Source: Clostridia bacterium
GTDB taxonomy: Bacteria > Bacillota > Clostridia > UMGS1883 > UMGS1540
Direction of reading: 5' to 3'
Length of the DNA: 52,723 nt
NCBI GenBank assembly: GCA_045533905.1
Contig: JAZSIR010000023.1
Span: 1 to 52,723 of the forward strand
The position numbers and the translations under genes are program-made. Positions 1-9,932 of the stretch are shown here, piece by piece. Each line of letters starts with the position of its first letter. Position 1 is the stretch's first letter. The notes beneath the pieces were generated by a model that did no database searches, had not been told where the DNA came from, and worked only from the letters and a program-made list of their open reading frames with translations.

Positions 1-25
1 CATTTATCAAAGTGAGGAGATCATT

Positions 26-295
26 ATGTTCGAGGACAAAACATTAGTTTGCAAGGATTGCGGTAAGGAATTCGTTTTCACTGCCGGTGAGCAGGAGTTC
101 TACGCAGAAAAAGGATTCCAGAATGAGCCCATGCGTTGCAAAGAATGCCGTATCGCAAAGAAGCAGGCACTTCGTGAAAATCGCGAAATGCACACAACTG
201 TTTGCGCAGCTTGCGGCAAGGAAGCAAAGGTTCCCTTCATTCCGAAGAATGACAGGCCGATCTATTGCAGCGAATGTTTCGCAAATCACCAATAA
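26..295 (+). CDS. Small double zinc-ribbon protein (zf-trcl-like plus CxxC-x17-CxxC domain), function unknown
   Basis: Four CxxC pairs (CKDC, CKEC, CAAC, CSEC), the FxFTAGEQEFY motif typical of this family, and RBS GAGGAG. Confidence 0.8.
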   Translation: MFEDKTLVCKDCGKEFVFTAGEQEFYAEKGFQNEPMRCKECRIAKKQALRENREMHTTVCAACGKEAKVPFIPKNDRPIYCSECFANHQ

Positions 296-325
296 TCTCT
301 CGCTTTGAGAGCTTACAGTGTGAAA

Positions 326-358
326 AGAAGGGCACGCAATGTCTTGCGTGCCCTTTTC
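326..358 (+). terminator. Intrinsic terminator
   Basis: GGGCACGCAA-tgtc-TTGCGTGCCC 10-bp stem followed by TTTTCT. Confidence 0.75.
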
Positions 359-397
359 TCAAAGAAAATTACGAGCCGTATGAAAGAGGATAGCAAT

Positions 398-1561
398 ATG
401 AAAAGAGCACTGGCTTTATTACTGGCCGTTTTTTGCATTCTGCCCACCGCTTCCTGCAAAAAGAAGGGGGAGCCGCAAAACACGCCTTCCGGCGCTATGG
501 TACAAAAAGAAGACCTTGTGGCCGATGCAGATGCAATACTTGCGGGAATGACGATGGAGGAGAAGATTTACCAGCTTTTTCTGGTCACGCCCGAGGCCCT
601 TTCGGGAGAGAATGCAGTCAAATCCGTTTCGGATGCTACGCGTGAAGGGCTTGCCAACCGTCCTGTTGGCGGCGTAGTCCTTTTTGGAGATAACATTGCA
701 GATAAAGAACAGGTCAAAAGCCTCATTTCGGAAATGCAGGAGGCCTCGCCGCTTCCGCTTTTTGTGGCGGTAGATGAAGAAGGTGGCATCGTTTCACGAC
801 TTTCGGGCGTGGAGGGAATGGGCGTCACGGCACAGCCGCCTATGCGCGAGGTGGGAGACAAGGGCGACGCCGGGCGCGCATACGAAATCGGCAAAACCAT
901 CGGAGAAGAAATTCGAGCCCTTGGCTTTAACACCGATTTTGCACCGGTTGCGGACCTTCTTATCGATGAAAATAATACGGAAATCGGCTCCCGCTCCTTT
1001 GGTACGGATGCAGAGATTGTCAGCGAAATGGTTGCGAAGATGGTACAGGGCCTTCGGGATGGCGGCGTAGCCAGCACCTTAAAGCACTTTCCGGGACACG
1101 GCAGCGCGATGAGTGATTCGCATAGCGGCAGAGCCAGAAGCGAGAGAACGCTCGAAGAAATGCAGGAGGCAGAGCTTTTGCCTTTTAAGGCCGGCATCAA
1201 TGCCTTTACCGATTTTGTTATGGTTTCCCATATGGTCAACCGTGACCTTACAAAAACCGATATGGAATGTTCTATGTCCACGAATGTGATGAAACGAATC
1301 CTTCGTGACGGCATAGGCTATCCGAATATTATCATTACAGATTCGCTTTCGATGAAAGCCATCACGAACCATTATTCCGCAGGGGCGGCGGCGCTGACTG
1401 CCTTTGAGGCCGGTGCGGATATGCTGCTTATGCCTGAAAACCTCGAAATGGCGGCAGATGCACTTTGCGGTGCCGTTATAAGCGGCCGTATTTCGGAAGA
1501 ACGCCTCAATGCAAGCGTCCGACGTATTTTGCGCGTAAAACTGGAAAGAGGCATTATATAA
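398..1561 (+). CDS. nagZ: GH3 beta-N-acetylhexosaminidase (NagZ-like), probable lipoprotein
   Basis: DEEGG motif, KHFPGHGSAMSDSH NagZ consensus, ITDSL nucleophile region; signal peptide ending TASC; start moved to ATG 398 after GAGGA. Confidence 0.85.
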   Translation: MKRALALLLAVFCILPTASCKKKGEPQNTPSGAMVQKEDLVADADAILAGMTMEEKIYQLFLVTPEALSGENAVKSVSDATREGLANRPVGGVVLFGDNIADKEQVKSLISEMQEASPLPLFVAVDEEGGIVSRLSGVEGMGVTAQPPMREVGDKGDAGRAYEIGKTIGEEIRALGFNTDFAPVADLLIDENNTEIGSRSFGTDAEIVSEMVAKMVQGLRDGGVASTLKHFPGHGSAMSDSHSGRARSERTLEEMQEAELLPFKAGINAFTDFVMVSHMVNRDLTKTDMECSMSTNVMKRILRDGIGYPNIIITDSLSMKAITNHYSAGAAALTAFEAGADMLLMPENLEMAADALCGAVISGRISEERLNASVRRILRVKLERGII

Positions 1562-1576
1562 GAAGGGACGAGCCTT

Positions 1577-4500
1577 ATGGATTTTGTACATCTTCATGTG
1601 CATAGCGAATACAGCCTTCTGGATGGGGCATGCCGCATTCGTGACCTTGTGAAGCGCGCGAAAGCGCTCGGGCAGAAAGCTATGGCGCTGACGGATCACG
1701 GGGTGATGTACGGCATTATCGATTTTTACGATGCCGCCAAGGAAGAAGGCATAAAGCCCATTATCGGGTGTGAGGTCTATACTACCGATGTGCACCGCAC
1801 GCAGAAAACGGCGGGGCGCGAGGAAGAGATAGGCCATCTTGTCTTGCTCGTAAAAAATGAAGAAGGCTATAAAAACCTTATTCGCATTGTATCCGTAGGC
1901 TTTACAGAAGGCTTTTACTATAAGCCTCGTGTAGATATTGAAACGCTTCGCGCGTATAGCGGGGGTCTCATTGCGCTCTCGGCTTGCCTTGCCGGGGATA
2001 TCCCAAGAGCACTTATGCGCGGCGACTATGCCGACGCCAAAATGCGCGCCGAGCGGTATGTGGAAATTTTCGGCAAGGAGAATTTCTTTATTGAACTTCA
2101 GGACCACGGCATTGAAGAACAGAAAAAAATCAATCCGCTTCTTTTGAAGCTTTCGGAAGAGACGGGGATAGGCCTTGTAGCTACGAATGACGTACACTAT
2201 ATCGAGAAAAAAGACGCTCGGTATCAGGACGTTCTTCTCTGTATTCAAACAGGCAAAAACGTAAGCGATACCGACCGTATGCGCTTTACGGGTGAGGAGT
2301 TTTACGTAAAGAGTGGCGAGGAGATGGCGGCACTTTTCCCGTATGCACCCACTGCAATTTCAAACACAGAGAAAATTGCAGATGCCTGTAATTTTGATTT
2401 CACCTTCCACCAGCGCCTTTTGCCGAAATATGATGTGCCGGAAGGGGAGGATGCTTTTTCGTACCTTAGAAAGCTTTGCGAAAAAGGTCTTTATGAGCGG
2501 TATGGTACACCTTCCGAAGAAGCAATAGAACGCCTTTCCTACGAGCTTGGCGTTATCGAGAGTATGGGGTTTGTGGACTACTTCCTCATTGTATGGGACT
2601 TTGTGAACTATGCAAAATCAAACGGCATTGCAGTAGGCCCCGGGAGAGGCTCTGCGGCAGGCAGCATTGTTGCGTATTCCTTATATATCACGGATGTTGA
2701 CCCGCTTCGGTATCAGCTTCTTTTTGAACGTTTCTTAAATCCCGAACGCGTCAGCATGCCCGATATTGATATTGACTTTTGTTATGTACGCCGTCCGGAG
2801 GTTATTGAATATGTAAACCGCAAATACGGGGCGGATCGCGTGGCGCAGATTATCACATTCGGAACAATGGCGGCAAGAGCCGTTATCCGAGACGTAGGCC
2901 GCGTTTTAGGTATGCCGTATCAAGACGTGGATGCTGTTGCAAAGCTTGTGCCGAATATTCTGAATATAAAGCTTCGGGATGCGATTGATATGACGCCAAA
3001 GCTCCAGGAGGCACGGGAAAAAGATGCCAGAATTGATGAGCTTTTGGAAATTTCGCTGGCGCTTGAAGGCCTTCCGCGCCATGCCTCGACACACGCCGCA
3101 GGCGTTGTAATTTCGAATGCCCCGGTATCGGTACATGTGCCGCTGCAGAAAAATGATGATGTTATTACCACACAGTTCCCTATGGGCACGCTCGAACGCC
3201 TCGGCCTATTGAAAATGGACTTTTTAGGGCTTCGAAACCTTACCGTAATTCAGGATGCGGCCGAGATGGCGGGCATTACGCTTGACACCAAAACGATGGA
3301 GTATGATGCACCCGAGGTTTTCGAGCTTATCAGCCGCGGTGACACGGCCGGCGTTTTTCAGCTGGAAAGTGCGGGGATGAAGGCGTTTATGCGCGAACTT
3401 TCGCCGGATTGTCTCGAAGATGTTATTGCGGGTATTTCCCTCTACCGTCCGGGTCCGATGGATTCGATTCCCACCTATATTAAAAATAAGAAAAACCCTG
3501 ATAAAATTCAGTATCTCCATCCGCTACTGGCGCCGATTCTGCGCGTTACCTACGGCTGCATTGTGTATCAGGAGCAGGTTATGCAGATTGTGCGCGAGGT
3601 AGGCGGTTACAGCATGGCGCGTGCTGACTCCGTGCGAAAAGCGATGAGTAAGAAGAAAACCGACGTTATGGAAAAAGAACGCGAGGTTTTCATAAATGGT
3701 CTTGTCGAAAACGGGGAGGTTATCATTCCCGGTGCCGTACGAAACGGCGTGGACGCGAAAATCGCAAATCAGATTTACGATGCAATGATTGACTTTGCAA
3801 AGTACGCCTTTAATAAGTCGCACGCGGCGGCATATGCCGTTCTCGCGTACGAAACGGCATACTTAAAGTGCTTTTACAAGGTCTACTTTATGGCAGCCCT
3901 CTTTAACAGTGTCCTCGGTAACGGCGATAAAATATCTTCCTACGCGGTGGAGTGCGCCAATATGGGCGTAGAACTTCTGCCGCCCGATATCAATAAAAGC
4001 TATTATAAGTTCCGCGAGGAGAATGGCGCCATCCGCTTTGGTCTCGGCGCGGTGCGAAGCGTGGGGCAGGGCTTTGCCGAGCGCTGTGTGCGCGAGCGGG
4101 AGGAAAAGGGCGATTTCCGCAGCCTTGGTGACTTTATCGAGCGTATGCTCGGCAAAGATATGAATAAGCGTGCCCTTGAAGAGCTGATTGCAGGCGGCGC
4201 CTTTGATTTTACGGGTGTCAGCCGCGCGCAGATGCTCGCAAGCTTCGAAACGATGGTGGATACACGCGCGAGCCGCCAGAAAAACAATATTGCGGGGCAG
4301 ATTTCTCTCTTTGGAGAAACGATGGCAGCAGAGGATTCTTATCCGAATATCCCCGAGCTTTCCACAAAAGTGCGCCTTGCAAAGGAAAAAGAAGCGCTTG
4401 GTATTTATATGTCGGGCCATCCGCTCGATGCCTATAAAGAAACCATTGCAGCCCTCGGTGTCTCTTCTGTCGCAGAACTGAAAGACACGGAAAGCGGACA

Positions 4501-4984
4501 TTTTTCTGATAGACAAATGGTGCAGATTGCAGGCCTTATTTCTGCACGAAAAAATAAGATTACGAAGAAAAATACGATGATGGCGTTTCTCGGTGTCGAG
4601 GATTTAACTTCCGGTATGGAAGTCATTGTGTTCCCCAAAGTGCTCGCGGAGGCGGACGAAGTGGCCAAAGAAGGCACAGCTGTCATTATAAAGGGCACCT
4701 TAAGCCTTCGGGAAGAGGAAGAACCTAAAATTCTGGCAGAAGAAATCCGGATTCTTCCAAGTACGGCACCTGCAAAGCGAAAGGTGCGCATCGCGCTTTC
4801 TGCAGAATCTCTTAAAAAGCTTGATACTTTTTATCCCGTCGTGATGGCGGCAAAAGGGGAGGATACGCTCCTGTTCGACATAGAAGGAGAAACCCACACC
4901 GTGCGCTTTCCGGTAGATGCCGGCGAAGCGTTCCTTAAAAAAGCTGCGGCTCTTTTTGGGGAGGAGAATATAAAAACAGAATAA
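1577..4984 (+). CDS. dnaE: DNA polymerase III alpha subunit (DnaE)
   Basis: PHP domain HLHVHSEYSLLDG, GRGSAAGS, MPDIDIDF, YAFNKSHA and a C-terminal OB fold; no intein-sized insertion. Confidence 0.97.
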   Translation: MDFVHLHVHSEYSLLDGACRIRDLVKRAKALGQKAMALTDHGVMYGIIDFYDAAKEEGIKPIIGCEVYTTDVHRTQKTAGREEEIGHLVLLVKNEEGYKNLIRIVSVGFTEGFYYKPRVDIETLRAYSGGLIALSACLAGDIPRALMRGDYADAKMRAERYVEIFGKENFFIELQDHGIEEQKKINPLLLKLSEETGIGLVATNDVHYIEKKDARYQDVLLCIQTGKNVSDTDRMRFTGEEFYVKSGEEMAALFPYAPTAISNTEKIADACNFDFTFHQRLLPKYDVPEGEDAFSYLRKLCEKGLYERYGTPSEEAIERLSYELGVIESMGFVDYFLIVWDFVNYAKSNGIAVGPGRGSAAGSIVAYSLYITDVDPLRYQLLFERFLNPERVSMPDIDIDFCYVRRPEVIEYVNRKYGADRVAQIITFGTMAARAVIRDVGRVLGMPYQDVDAVAKLVPNILNIKLRDAIDMTPKLQEAREKDARIDELLEISLALEGLPRHASTHAAGVVISNAPVSVHVPLQKNDDVITTQFPMGTLERLGLLKMDFLGLRNLTVIQDAAEMAGITLDTKTMEYDAPEVFELISRGDTAGVFQLESAGMKAFMRELSPDCLEDVIAGISLYRPGPMDSIPTYIKNKKNPDKIQYLHPLLAPILRVTYGCIVYQEQVMQIVREVGGYSMARADSVRKAMSKKKTDVMEKEREVFINGLVENGEVIIPGAVRNGVDAKIANQIYDAMIDFAKYAFNKSHAAAYAVLAYETAYLKCFYKVYFMAALFNSVLGNGDKISSYAVECANMGVELLPPDINKSYYKFREENGAIRFGLGAVRSVGQGFAERCVREREEKGDFRSLGDFIERMLGKDMNKRALEELIAGGAFDFTGVSRAQMLASFETMVDTRASRQKNNIAGQISLFGETMAAEDSYPNIPELSTKVRLAKEKEALGIYMSGHPLDAYKETIAALGVSSVAELKDTESGHFSDRQMVQIAGLISARKNKITKKNTMMAFLGVEDLTSGMEVIVFPKVLAEADEVAKEGTAVIIKGTLSLREEEEPKILAEEIRILPSTAPAKRKVRIALSAESLKKLDTFYPVVMAAKGEDTLLFDIEGETHTVRFPVDAGEAFLKKAAALFGEENIKTE

Positions 4985-4997
4985 TTCCCTTTTGCTA

Positions 4998-5026
4998 TTG
5001 ACATAATACAGAAAACTGCTTATAAT
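4998..5026 (+). promoter_or_regulatory. Consensus sigma-A promoter
   Basis: TTGACA-17 bp-TATAAT perfect match upstream of the hemolysin III gene. Confidence 0.8.
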
Positions 5027-5059
5027 AATATAAGAAACTATGTGTATGAGGAGAAGGAT

Positions 5060-5734
5060 ATGAAAAGACAAAAATTATCTGAGCGCTCACTTCCCGATTA
5101 TACAAAAGGTGAAGAAATTATGAATATGGTCACCCATATTGTAGGTGGTGCCGCCGGCATTGTTGCGCTTGTGCTGGGCATTGTCATTGCGGCTTTTTCG
5201 AAAAGCGGCTATAGTATGGCCGGTGCCATCGTATACGGAATCTCCATGATTTTGCTCTATACCTTTTCGAGCGTATATCACGGGCTTCGTCCGAGCCTGC
5301 TTGCAAAAAAGGTTATGCAGATTATTGACCATTGCTCCATTTTCATTCTCATTGCCGGCACCTATACGCCGATTGTGCTTTGCGCCTTGCGGGAATGGAG
5401 CCCTGCACTTGCCTGGGTTATATTCGGCGTTGTGTGGGCAGCTGCAATTGTAGGAATTACTTTTAACGGCATTGATATTCGGAAGTATCACACGTTTTCT
5501 GCCATCTGTTACCTTTGTATGGGTTGGTGCATTGTTTTTGCATACCGCGCGCTCGATTTTCTCATGGCGCGTGGCGGTATTGGTCTCCTTGTAGCCGGCG
5601 GCCTCGCGTATACCGTGGGCGCTATGTTCTACTATTTCCTGAAAAAGAAAAGGTATATGCACTCGGTATTTCATTTCTTCGTACTTGCCGGAAGCATTTG
5701 CCATATGCTCTATATTTTGCTATACATTCTGTAA
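5060..5734 (+). CDS. Hemolysin III / PAQR (TrhA-like) membrane protein
   Basis: EEIMNMVTH, SSVYH, DHCSIFILIAGTYTP and HSVFHFFV motifs; about 7 hydrophobic helices; alternative GTG start at 5042. Confidence 0.88.
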   Translation: MKRQKLSERSLPDYTKGEEIMNMVTHIVGGAAGIVALVLGIVIAAFSKSGYSMAGAIVYGISMILLYTFSSVYHGLRPSLLAKKVMQIIDHCSIFILIAGTYTPIVLCALREWSPALAWVIFGVVWAAAIVGITFNGIDIRKYHTFSAICYLCMGWCIVFAYRALDFLMARGGIGLLVAGGLAYTVGAMFYYFLKKKRYMHSVFHFFVLAGSICHMLYILLYIL

Positions 5735-5741
5735 GAAAAAT

Positions 5742-5779
5742 AAAAAGGACTGTAAAGCTTTTGCTTTACAGTCCTTTTT
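5742..5779. terminator. Bidirectional intrinsic terminator
   Basis: AAAAAGGACTGTAAAGC-tttt-GCTTTACAGTCCTTTTT between convergent genes. Confidence 0.85.
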
Positions 5780-5780
5780 G

Positions 5781-7982
5781 TTATATTTTTTCTAAAGCTG
5801 CATATGTTGCCATTAGCGTTTTCTTTCCAACTGTCAGGAAGTTAATTTCCAGCTTTGTGTCATTGCCCAACGGTGCAACAGAAAGCACGGTGCCTTCGCC
5901 GAATTTGCGGTGGCGTACGCGGTCACCGACAGAAAGGTCGCAGTTTGCACTTGCCTTTGTCGGCGCCGCCGCAGCGGTAATCGTTGTGCCAAAGCTGCGG
6001 GAGACGGGCTGCTTTCGCGGGAAGGGTGTTGTATCAAAGCTATGGGTGATTCTTTCGGTACCTTCCGAAACATAGAGGCTTTCCGGAATATCTAGCATAA
6101 AGCGGGAAACGCGGTTTCGCGTTGTAGCACCCATCAGCGTACGTGTCTGCGCGTGTGTCAGGTAGAGAAGCTTTTTCGCGCGTGTGAGTGCCACATAGCA
6201 GAGGCGGCGCTCCTCTTCAATTTCCGCGCTTTCAAAAACGGCGCGGTAGGAGGGAAATACCCCTTCCTCAAAGCCTGCTACAAATACGGCGGGAAATTCA
6301 AGACCTTTCGCCGTGTGAATCGTCATAAGCGTTACACAGTCGATATCTTCATCGTAATCGTCGATATCCGAAACGAGCGCTACATTATCCAGAAAATCCG
6401 TAAGGGAAGAGGCTTCAGCCTCTTTTTCGTATTTCATACCGACCGAGAGGAATTCCTTGAGGTTTTCAATACGGACGGCATCCTCAGGATTGGAAGGATT
6501 AAACTGCGCCATATAGCCGCTTTTTTCGTAAATCATCTCAATCAAAGCGGTGATGGGAATGTTCCCGACTTCCGCGCGAAGCGCCTCAATCATCTCGGAA
6601 AAGGCGTACATTTTGGAGAAGGATGCGCCAATTTCCGCGGCAGCACCTTCGTCGCGGATGACAGAATACAGGCTCTCGCCTCTTGCCTCGGCCACAGCCA
6701 TCGCCTTCCCGAGGGAGGTGGCACCAATACCGCGCTTCGGCTCATTGATAATCCGCGCAAGGCTTACATCGTCATCCGGATTATGCACGGCGCGAAGATA
6801 GGCAATGATGTCCTTGATTTCCTTGGCATCGTAAAAACGGTGTCCTTTTACGATTTTGTAGGGAACGGCATTTAAGAGAAGCTGTTCTTCAATCGGGCGG
6901 GACTGCGCATTCATACGGTACAGTACCACCATCTCCGAATACGGCATATCTTCCTGCCGGTGGAGGCGCGAAAGCTCTGTGGCAATATAGCTCGCTTCGT
7001 CATACTCAGTGCTCGCGCAGTATTTCGTAAGCTTTGCCCCTTCGCCGTTATCCGTCCAAAGCCGTTTTCCAAGTCGCTCGGTATTATGTGCAATTACGGC
7101 GTTTGCGGCATCTAAGATGTTCTGCGTGGAACGGTAGTTTTGTTCGAGACGGATGGTTTTGGCATCCGGGAACGTTTTTTCAAACTGCAATATGTTCTGG
7201 ATGTCGGCACCGCGGAATTTATAAATGCTCTGGTCCTCGTCGCCCACAACACAGAGGTTTCTGTGCTTTTCAGCAAGAAGGCTTACGATGCGGTACTGCA
7301 CAGCGTTCGTATCCTGGTATTCATCCACGTGTATATAGGTAAACTGCCGTCTGTAATATTCCAGAACTTCGGGGCACTCTTCAAAAAGGCGCACCGTAAG
7401 GCATAGTAGGTCATCAAAATCGACGGCGTTAAAACGCTCGAGCTGCTTCTGATAATAGGTGTATACGCGGCAAAAGCCTTCCATACGGAAGTTCCCTTCG
7501 TGCCGCGCGGCAAAGTCCTCAGGGGAGAGCATTTCGTTCTTTGCACCTGAAATTGTGGAAAGGCAGCTCGATACGCTATATGTTTTATCATCGAGATTTA
7601 AGGTCTTTACAGCGTCGCGGATAATGGCCTTTTGCTCGGCCGTATCATAAATCGTAAAATCCTGCTTATAGCCGATTTTTTCGATATCACGCCGCAGAAA
7701 ACGGACGCAGGCCGAGTGGAAGGTGCGCGCCCAGATAAAGGCAGCCGAAGGGCCAACGAGCGTTTCAAGGCGTGTTTTCATCTCTGCCGCGGCTTTATTT
7801 GTAAACGTGATTGCCAGAATGTTTTCGGGCCGCACGTTTTTTTCACTGATTAAATAGGCAATGCGGTACGTAAGCACGCGGGTTTTTCCGCTGCCTGCAC
7901 CTGCAAGCACCAAAAGCGGGCCTTCGGTGGTCGTCACCGCGGCACGCTGCACATCATTGAGTCCTTGTAATAGGTTTTGCAT
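5781..7982 (-). CDS. pcrA: ATP-dependent DNA helicase PcrA/UvrD
   Basis: AGAGSGKT, DEYQDTN, QNYRST, KGLEF, EERRLCYVALTRA and a C-terminal Tudor-like domain (VRHRKFGEG). Confidence 0.96.
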   Translation of the reverse strand: MQNLLQGLNDVQRAAVTTTEGPLLVLAGAGSGKTRVLTYRIAYLISEKNVRPENILAITFTNKAAAEMKTRLETLVGPSAAFIWARTFHSACVRFLRRDIEKIGYKQDFTIYDTAEQKAIIRDAVKTLNLDDKTYSVSSCLSTISGAKNEMLSPEDFAARHEGNFRMEGFCRVYTYYQKQLERFNAVDFDDLLCLTVRLFEECPEVLEYYRRQFTYIHVDEYQDTNAVQYRIVSLLAEKHRNLCVVGDEDQSIYKFRGADIQNILQFEKTFPDAKTIRLEQNYRSTQNILDAANAVIAHNTERLGKRLWTDNGEGAKLTKYCASTEYDEASYIATELSRLHRQEDMPYSEMVVLYRMNAQSRPIEEQLLLNAVPYKIVKGHRFYDAKEIKDIIAYLRAVHNPDDDVSLARIINEPKRGIGATSLGKAMAVAEARGESLYSVIRDEGAAAEIGASFSKMYAFSEMIEALRAEVGNIPITALIEMIYEKSGYMAQFNPSNPEDAVRIENLKEFLSVGMKYEKEAEASSLTDFLDNVALVSDIDDYDEDIDCVTLMTIHTAKGLEFPAVFVAGFEEGVFPSYRAVFESAEIEEERRLCYVALTRAKKLLYLTHAQTRTLMGATTRNRVSRFMLDIPESLYVSEGTERITHSFDTTPFPRKQPVSRSFGTTITAAAAPTKASANCDLSVGDRVRHRKFGEGTVLSVAPLGNDTKLEINFLTVGKKTLMATYAALEKI

Positions 7983-8107
7983 ATGAGTTCCCCTTTGCAT
8001 ACATGGTAAAACGAAAAAGGCCGCACCGCAGGTCTCGCTCAGCCCGCGTAAAGCAAGATGCTTTGCGCCTTGCAGCGTACGTGCGGTGCAGCCTATAAAA
8101 GTTTTTC

Positions 8108-9052
8108 TTATGCGTTCTTCTTTGCGATAGTGTCGATTGCCTTCTGGGCGATGTTCTGTGCGGTGAGACCGTACATTTCAAGAAGCGGAGCGGGTTTGCC
8201 GCTCTTGCCGAATTTGTCCATAATACCAACGCGTGTGAGCGGGGTGGGGGCTTCTTCGGAAAGAACTTCTGCAACAGCCGAGCCGAGGCCGCCGATGATG
8301 TTGTGTTCTTCTGCTGTTACAACTGCACCTGTCTTCTTTGCAGTTTTTACGATCAGCTCTCTGTCGATGGGCTTGATGGTGTGGATGTTGATGATTTCAG
8401 CGGAAATGCCTTTTTCTGCAAGGATTTTGCCGGCTTCAATTGCTTCCTGCACCATAAGACCGGTTGCGATGATGGAAACGTCGCTACCTTCCGAAAGCAC
8501 GATGCCGCGGCCAAGCTCAAACTTGTAGGTAGCCGGGTCGAAAAGTGTGGGAACGGAAAGACGACCGAAGCGGAGGTAGAAAGGACCATCCGTTTCAATA
8601 GCGGCAAGTACCGCTGCGCGGGATTCCGTAGCATCAGCAGGGCTGATAACGGTCATACCCGGGAGTGCGCGCATGAGAGCGATGTCTTCAATAGCCTGAT
8701 GTGTCGGACCATCTTCACCAACAGAAATGCCGGCGTGAGTGGCACCGATTTTTACGTTCAGGTGCGGATAGCAGATAGCGTTACGAATCTGCTCAAAAGA
8801 TCTGCCGGAAGCGAAAACAGCAAAGGAGCTTGCAAAAACAGTTTTGCCTGCAGCAGCAAGACCGGCAGCTGTTGTCATCATATTGGCTTCCGCGATACCC
8901 ATGTTAAAGAAACGTTCGGGATACTCTTTCTTGAAGGTATCCGTTTTGGTGGATTTGGAAAGGTCAGCATCCAAAACCACAAAGTTATATTTTGCGCCGA
9001 ATTCTGCCAGCGCTTCACCGTATGCTTCTCTTGTAGCTTTCTTATCAGCCAT
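8108..9052 (-). CDS. Transketolase, C-terminal (pyrimidine-binding) subunit
   Basis: GIAEANM, GEDGPTHQ and AEEH motifs. Confidence 0.92.
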   Translation of the reverse strand: MADKKATREAYGEALAEFGAKYNFVVLDADLSKSTKTDTFKKEYPERFFNMGIAEANMMTTAAGLAAAGKTVFASSFAVFASGRSFEQIRNAICYPHLNVKIGATHAGISVGEDGPTHQAIEDIALMRALPGMTVISPADATESRAAVLAAIETDGPFYLRFGRLSVPTLFDPATYKFELGRGIVLSEGSDVSIIATGLMVQEAIEAGKILAEKGISAEIINIHTIKPIDRELIVKTAKKTGAVVTAEEHNIIGGLGSAVAEVLSEEAPTPLTRVGIMDKFGKSGKPAPLLEMYGLTAQNIAQKAIDTIAKKNA

Positions 9053-9878
9053 TGCAATTTCCCTCCAACTCTTTCATAGCGATTGCATATTCTTCATCGT
9101 TCGGGGCCTTGCCATGCCAGCCGGCCTGGCCTTCCATGTAGGAAACGCCCTTGCCCTTAATGCTTTTTGCGATAACAACCGTGGGTTTGCCCTTCGTAGC
9201 CTTTGCTTCGTCAATGGCTTTTTCCAAAGAGGAAAAGTCGTGTGCATCAGCGTATACAACGTGCCAACCGAAAGCTTCGAACTTCTTGTCAATCGGTGTG
9301 GGGTTCATAACCTTTGTGATGTCGCCGTCAATCTGCAGACCGTTAAAGTCAACAAAAGCGGTGAGGTTGTCAAGTTCGTAATGGGCAGCAAACATAGCCG
9401 CTTCCCAAACCTGACCTTCTTCGATTTCGCCGTCACCGAGGATAGAATATACACGGTAATCCTTCTTGTCAATTTTAGCGGCAAGTGCCATGCCGTTTGC
9501 GGCACAGATGCCCTGACCGAGAGAACCGCTCGACATATCTACGCCCGGAACACCCTTCATATCCGGGTGACCTTCGAGGTAGCTGTCAATGCTTCTGAAA
9601 CCCTTCAGATCCTCTACCGGGAAGTAGCCGCGTTCTGCGAGTGCGCCGTAAAGTGCAGGTGCACAGTGGCCTTTCGAGAGAACGAAACGGTCGCGGTCGG
9701 GGTTTTTCGGGTCCTTCGGGTCAATATGCATAACGTCGAAGTACAGATAGGCCATAATGTCAGCAATGCCGAGAGAACCACCCGGATGTCCGGCGCCGGC
9801 ACTATGTACCTCCGTTACGATGTGCTGACGAATGCGGTTCGCTTTTTCAGCCAGCATTTTTTCCTTAGATTTTTCCAA
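9045..9878 (-). CDS. Transketolase, N-terminal (TPP-binding) subunit
   Basis: GHPGGSL, DRFVLSKGH, GSLGQG and GDGE..EGQVWEA TPP motif; overlaps the partner gene. Confidence 0.92.
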   Translation of the reverse strand: MEKSKEKMLAEKANRIRQHIVTEVHSAGAGHPGGSLGIADIMAYLYFDVMHIDPKDPKNPDRDRFVLSKGHCAPALYGALAERGYFPVEDLKGFRSIDSYLEGHPDMKGVPGVDMSSGSLGQGICAANGMALAAKIDKKDYRVYSILGDGEIEEGQVWEAAMFAAHYELDNLTAFVDFNGLQIDGDITKVMNPTPIDKKFEAFGWHVVYADAHDFSSLEKAIDEAKATKGKPTVVIAKSIKGKGVSYMEGQAGWHGKAPNDEEYAIAMKELEGNCNG

Positions 9879-9932
9879 AGCTTCTCATCCTTTCAAATCT
9901 ATATTTCACCGCCCGAAAAGGCGGGAATAAAC

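Noticed and set aside
5060-5734. Hemolysin III as a virulence factor
   Set aside because: A widespread PAQR-family membrane protein; the family name is not evidence of toxin function.
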